This document shows, piece after piece, positions 59,129-64,000 of a stretch of 64,000 bases of DNA. The notes below the pieces were generated by a model, which was not told the origin of the DNA, searched no databases, and saw only the letters and a list, made by a program, of their open reading frames with translations. The position numbers and the translations under genes are program-made. The stretch is from Pelagomonas calceolata (Eukaryota): positions 1,798,001 through 1,862,000 of the forward strand of contig CAKKNE010000006.1 of assembly GCA_918797485.1 (NCBI GenBank). Reading direction: 5' to 3'. Every line of letters begins with the position of its first letter. Within the stretch, counting starts at the first letter, position 1.

Positions 59129-62100
59129 ATGCCGGAAATCCCCGATTTGCAGCACTACCTTGGAGATCTGGAGAGTAAAGACAAGGCTTCGCGAATTCGT
59201 ACGCTCAGTCTACTGAAAGACAAGCTGACTTTAGCACCGGGATCATCGGATGTTGGCGATCACTCTATGAATTATAATCTGATAGACGCTCTGGCTAATA
59301 GGCTCGTCAATGATCCTGCAGAACGATGCAGAGAGCTTTCGCTTACCATCATAGCCGAGTGTCTCCGTGACATGGACCCCGCAAAAATCGTGAGGTCAGC
59401 TCGCTGCATAGTCCCGGCAGCTGCTGAGAGATTCGGAAGCCAGCCGTTCAGAGAACCAGTAGAAGAGCTTAGGCTGAAGTGCGCACGCATGGTTAGTTTC
59501 TTCGCTTTGATTGCCTATTTCTAGGCTCATTGAGACATGCACTAAAATTTTGCATCAAGCTGCCTCCGAGCTTAGTTATGAACGTAGCCACCCGATCACG
59601 GACATTTTGGCATTTTCCCTTGTTTCCGCTCTGACAGACAGATTCCCGGAGGGTAAACGAGCCGCTGCGACCGCGATCAGCAACTTGTGCCGCATTGCCC
59701 CCTGGAGCATTAATCTTCATTTTGTAGCCTTGATGATTGAACTTAGTACAAACCTGTCACATCAACACGTGGGTCATGCAAATGAGTTGTTTTGAAAAAG
59801 GCCTGCCTGGCTTTAGGCAAAGACGCGTCTTCTAACTCTCGATGCCATTGTGGATGCCTACTTGACTGTGTCGCAGCATTTGCTCCACAGCAAGACTCTT
59901 ACTGCTCTTTTTAGGTCACATGTGTTTCGACCATTTGCAATGCGCTCCCACATGTGTTTCGCCAGGTGCTTGGCTTTTTTTTTAAAATTACATTGCTGAT
60001 GTTCGCATTGGCAGATTGTCCTGCCGAAACTCGGGCGTATTTGCATGGATCGATCCAAAAAAGCTCAGGCCCGTGTAGAGTTAGAATGGACCCTTGTTTA
60101 CTTTATGCCAATGCTCAGGTGCGAGTGTGCTTTGCTCGCTCCCTGGGTGTCTGGCTAGTGCGAGGACTTGACTGCATTACAGTGGCGGAAGAAGCGATTG
60201 GGAAATCCCCAGGGGCGCTAGTAAACGCCGGTGTATCCACAAAACTCGCCCCTGCCTATTAGCAATACTCGCATAGCATGAATTTGCCTCTGACTTGCTC
60301 GCTTTTCTCTTCATGCTCCTCTCAGACGAATCTCGGGAAGTTGCAGCAAGGGCAGTTTCTGAGTTGAATGTCCCTCCTGTGCGGGGATTGCTACCTTGTT
60401 CTCCATTGCGATATTTCTTAGGCAGTAGGCATACATTGGCAACTAGCCACCTCCAAAAGTATATCAAAGTGGTGCGTTGCGGAACTTCCCCTGCCGTGTG
60501 TTCCCTCTGTTCTGCCCCGTGATTTTGCCTGCAATGCTGCATATTTGGTATCCAGTGCTGCTACAACGCTTGTTACACTCCACTTTCAACCTATCTTGAA
60601 TATCCAGCTCGCCTGGTTGAGTTGTTGGATGCCGCCGATGCGTCTGAAACAGTGTGCATGTCACATGTTCCACTTGGGCATTGTACCAAAACCCAATTTA
60701 CAGGGGCTCATAATCTTCACGCTCTCGCATCATTGATTATAACGTCAGGGGCTGCTGTTACCAGTTCTGTGCTTTTCTATGATAGCAGGCACCAGAATAA
60801 ATTGTAGGTCAATAGTTCATTTCAAGTTGGGAAGCTGATTCAAACCTATGGTGAGTTGTCTACCCGGGTATATGATATGTTAGCGCTTCAGCTCTAGGCA
60901 ACTGGATTAGTGATAATGATGAAGGCGTCCAGGGCGGCTCTCGGGCAGCCATTCGGGCATTGGGTGCGGTTCTGATTGATCATTCTCCAGCACTCCGTAT
61001 ACTGCTTGACTTTGGAACGCCCCCCTTGGCAGGTGCAGACGATTAAATATCTTACCCCGTGCTGACTTCGAACCCATAGCCGTCAGAAATGATAGCTTGG
61101 TCAATGTAATCTTGGAACATTTAAGTGAGATGATGACGCTTATTACTGATAAACTCTTTTTCCAACAGGGAGGGTGAGTGCTCGGCGGATAGCCTCTTCT
61201 GCAACAACAATGGTCACCTTATTCTGCCACTTGGCAGAGGTCTCTGCTGAACAGCGAGCATCATGCCCCATGCCGTTCAACGCTGATGCTGCAGATATTT
61301 GCCTTTGCTACGCCGTGCGGAACCTCCTCCGTCAGTACATCTACAAATGGGGTTTGTTTCACCATGCTGTCGCAGGTTTACGGCTTGAGTTAGATGAGCT
61401 CTCACTTGCAAAACTCATGCGTAGTCTGCTCCTCCTACCATCATTCACTAATGCGTTCTTACCAACTTACACGCAAGCAAGCCCAAGTTCCAACTACATG
61501 GTGAACCAGAGCCTAGTCATCCTCCTGGCGCATTTTGGTCAATCTTCTCGAGCTGATTTTGTTCAGATTTCTTTTGATGCTGTTATTGGCTTGCTTCCAA
61601 AACCAAATCCATGCTATGAGATCCACACTGTGTCATGGCTCCTTTTAAGTGCGCTGGTACATATTTGTCCAGGAGCTGTCGCCTCTGTCTTTGACACCGT
61701 CCTAGCTCCAATCCTTTTGGTGCATGTGCACCCATGCTCTAATCCAAATCCAGAAGCGCGAATCAAGGCATTAAGGTAAGGCCCCAAGACTATTGCATAA
61801 AGCCTCAAGAATACTTTTAGCCTCCTACACACTTTGATGTGCGCATTGGATGCGCAAGGGAAGTTTAGCGAATTTACCATCGCAACGTTGATCGAAAGTA
61901 TGTTTCAAAAAGAACACAACACACCCGTGCTTTTAACTCGTGCCTTTGAAATAGGTGCTGTGCTTCCTAATCTAGTTTGGTATACTGGTCGCACCGCAAA
62001 CTCAACGCGCAACCTGCACAGTCACCTAGGGTGAAAGCCAAGATATATTTTCTAAATTTAGGTAAAGCTGCACTTGCTGTGCTACACGGAGTGCTCCATA

Positions 62101-62743
62101 GTGCCCTCACCCCCTCAACGGGACTATCAATGGAGCAAACCGGGATTCAACCCATTTTGAGATTACTGCCTGTTCTTGGAACAAGCTTGGATGAGTACGA
62201 CACTTCATCGCGAGAGATTTCCTTGAGGTGCGTTTACATCTTACTTAGCAGATTTCAGCTTCAATCTGAACTTGCCTTCCCTCGGCCCTGCATCTGGACA
62301 GTTGCCTTACCACCTTGCTTAATTGCCTCCCACCAACCAGTCTTCAGCTTAACAGCGTTTTGGAATTATATCCTGCTATCGTGAAACGCCTCGATGATTC
62401 GCTAGATGACATTAGATTGGAAGCCTGCGCCACATTTTCTGCGTATGTAAAGTGTATATCTCCCGTTATTGCTCTTATTCTCTTATTCTGCAGATTTGCC
62501 AGGGTGACACCGCCAAACGCGCTAACAGAGACAATCCTTGAATACTGTATTGAACACTTTCTAGTTCATCTCGATGATGCAAATGTAAATGTTCAGAGCG
62601 CAGTCTTCCAGGCTCTTCTGACTATTGGAAGCGTGGGGCCCTTGGCCAAAGTCATGCTCTCGAGGAAAGTCAGTGAAATTAGTTTCTCCCATCGCGATCC
62701 GGCCCTCGCTATTCGACTTCTGAATGTGCTTAATCTAAGCTAA
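59129..62743 (+). CDS. DNAAF5: Dynein axonemal assembly factor 5 (HEATR2), many short introns (not all resolved)
   Basis: DPAERCRELS, EPVEELRLKL, LSHQH-AKTR, PNLVWYTGRTA, IVKRLDDSLDDIR, LVHLDDANVNVQSAV. Confidence 0.8.
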
Positions 62744-63075
62744 CGAGGAGCATGCTTAATCCACGCACGCACTCGAGACCATGCACGTGCCTGTCGCGTT
62801 TAGACCACTCCTCCCGATAAGGACGTAATCGAGATTTGAACTCAATTCCAATTGTCCGGCAGCCTCCATGAATCCGAAACAAAAAGAAACAAAAAGTCCT
62901 GCGAAGTTCAACGTAAAGTTGAAGTAGAGGCAGGAGGGTAAATTTAGCAAAACCCGCCATCTAGTGTTCTAGAGCGCCCAAAAGCCACAGGGTTAAACGC
63001 GCGAAATTAGGCAAAATGTGGTTCCGGCAGGCCTCGGCCTGTGTCTTGGGGGGCCTGGGGGGCTCGCGAGCGCGG

Positions 63076-63123
63076 CGACTGGCGGCCCGGGAACGCCGCG
63101 ACTGGCGGCCCGGGAACGCCGCG
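63076..63123. repeat. 23-bp tandem duplication
   Basis: gcgactggcggcccgggaacgcc x2. Confidence 0.85.
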
Positions 63124-64000
63124 CGGTTACCAGTACTAAGTCCCGGCGGTTTCAGCCCCGGGCCTGACCCGAAACCAAGGTAGTCCGACCAAAACCAAAT
63201 TAATTTGAGTTCCCGAAAAGAAGCTAAGTGCTACTCGATTTACGTCCCTGCTTCAAGTTCAGGCTCCGAGTCCCGAGCCCTGGCCCGGGACCGGGCCGCT
63301 GACCACTGACGCGGCTAGGTGCCTTTGCGACGTATATTCAATTTTAAGTTGTTCCGAGTCACGGTTTCTCGGAGCGGAGGAGCCACCGTGACGGTCGTAG
63401 ACAACTTGAATGCCAGTGAATGCACTTGCACGGAGTCCGAGTCCGTATATGCCGACTGGGTCAACGTGCTCTATGACTGCATGCTACGATGTGGGGCCGC
63501 AATGATCAACGATGTGCCCGGCCCGGGGGGATTTTCTTAACGCTAGTTTCCTGCACAACCCCTGTCCTACTAGCCCGGGCGACGAGCATGACGGGGGGGG
63601 AGCGACAGGATAGGGGGCCCGTCGCGCTCGACTCCGACTAGTAGAGGGCCAACCCGCTGCCCATCGCTTGGACCCCCGCCGTCGGAGATTGATTTTGGCA
63701 CCCTGGTACTGTAGGCCTCCTCGGATCCCCCGGCGAGTTGTGACCGATCACTTGCTTGTTCATTTTAAACCCTTACTTGTTCATTTAAAATATCTCGCGC
63801 GCTCCTGAGAGCTTTTAGAGGCCTGCAGCTTGATCTGCACATGCCGCGACATCTAAAGGTGAACGCGGCATGAACCTTAACGGGGAGCCCGCGACGACAA
63901 GATTGTCTGGGTTGATGAAGTCTGTCGTACTTTGCACGACGGGACTACCGCCCGGAGAGCGAGAGGAGATATGCGAAATGGCTCGCGCAATGGGAGCGGC

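Overview
Eukaryotic nuclear DNA, most likely from a stramenopile alga (pelagophyte-like; this is inference from protein style and intron structure). It holds 16 probable protein-coding genes: CYFIP, a PKA-like AGC kinase, RPS13, a cullin, RSPH14, RPT5/PSMC3, an EGF/mastigoneme-like secreted protein, WDR34, THOC2, a GT8 glycosyltransferase, a kinesin, Aquarius, a CFAP70-like protein, VPS16, an Sfi1/IQ-like protein and DNAAF5. Many are split by very short introns (about 39-71 nt) with strongly degenerate donors. Spacers contain MITEs, a probable Helitron end, tandem repeats and decayed repeats. Three signals stand out. (1) Non-coding DNA is peppered with a small vocabulary of hexamers (TTCAAG, CCTGAG, CCGAGT, CCAGTG, TCACGG, CCCGGG, GATCAT). 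Alignment of repeat copies shows several of these as private, in-register insertions, suggesting an undescribed sequence-writing process. (2) A palindromic GGTACCTACGGTACCGTAGGTACC-type cluster sits just upstream of at least 7 gene starts. (3) Donor sites barely match U1 and include probable GC and GA donors. All alignments and splice models were made by eye.
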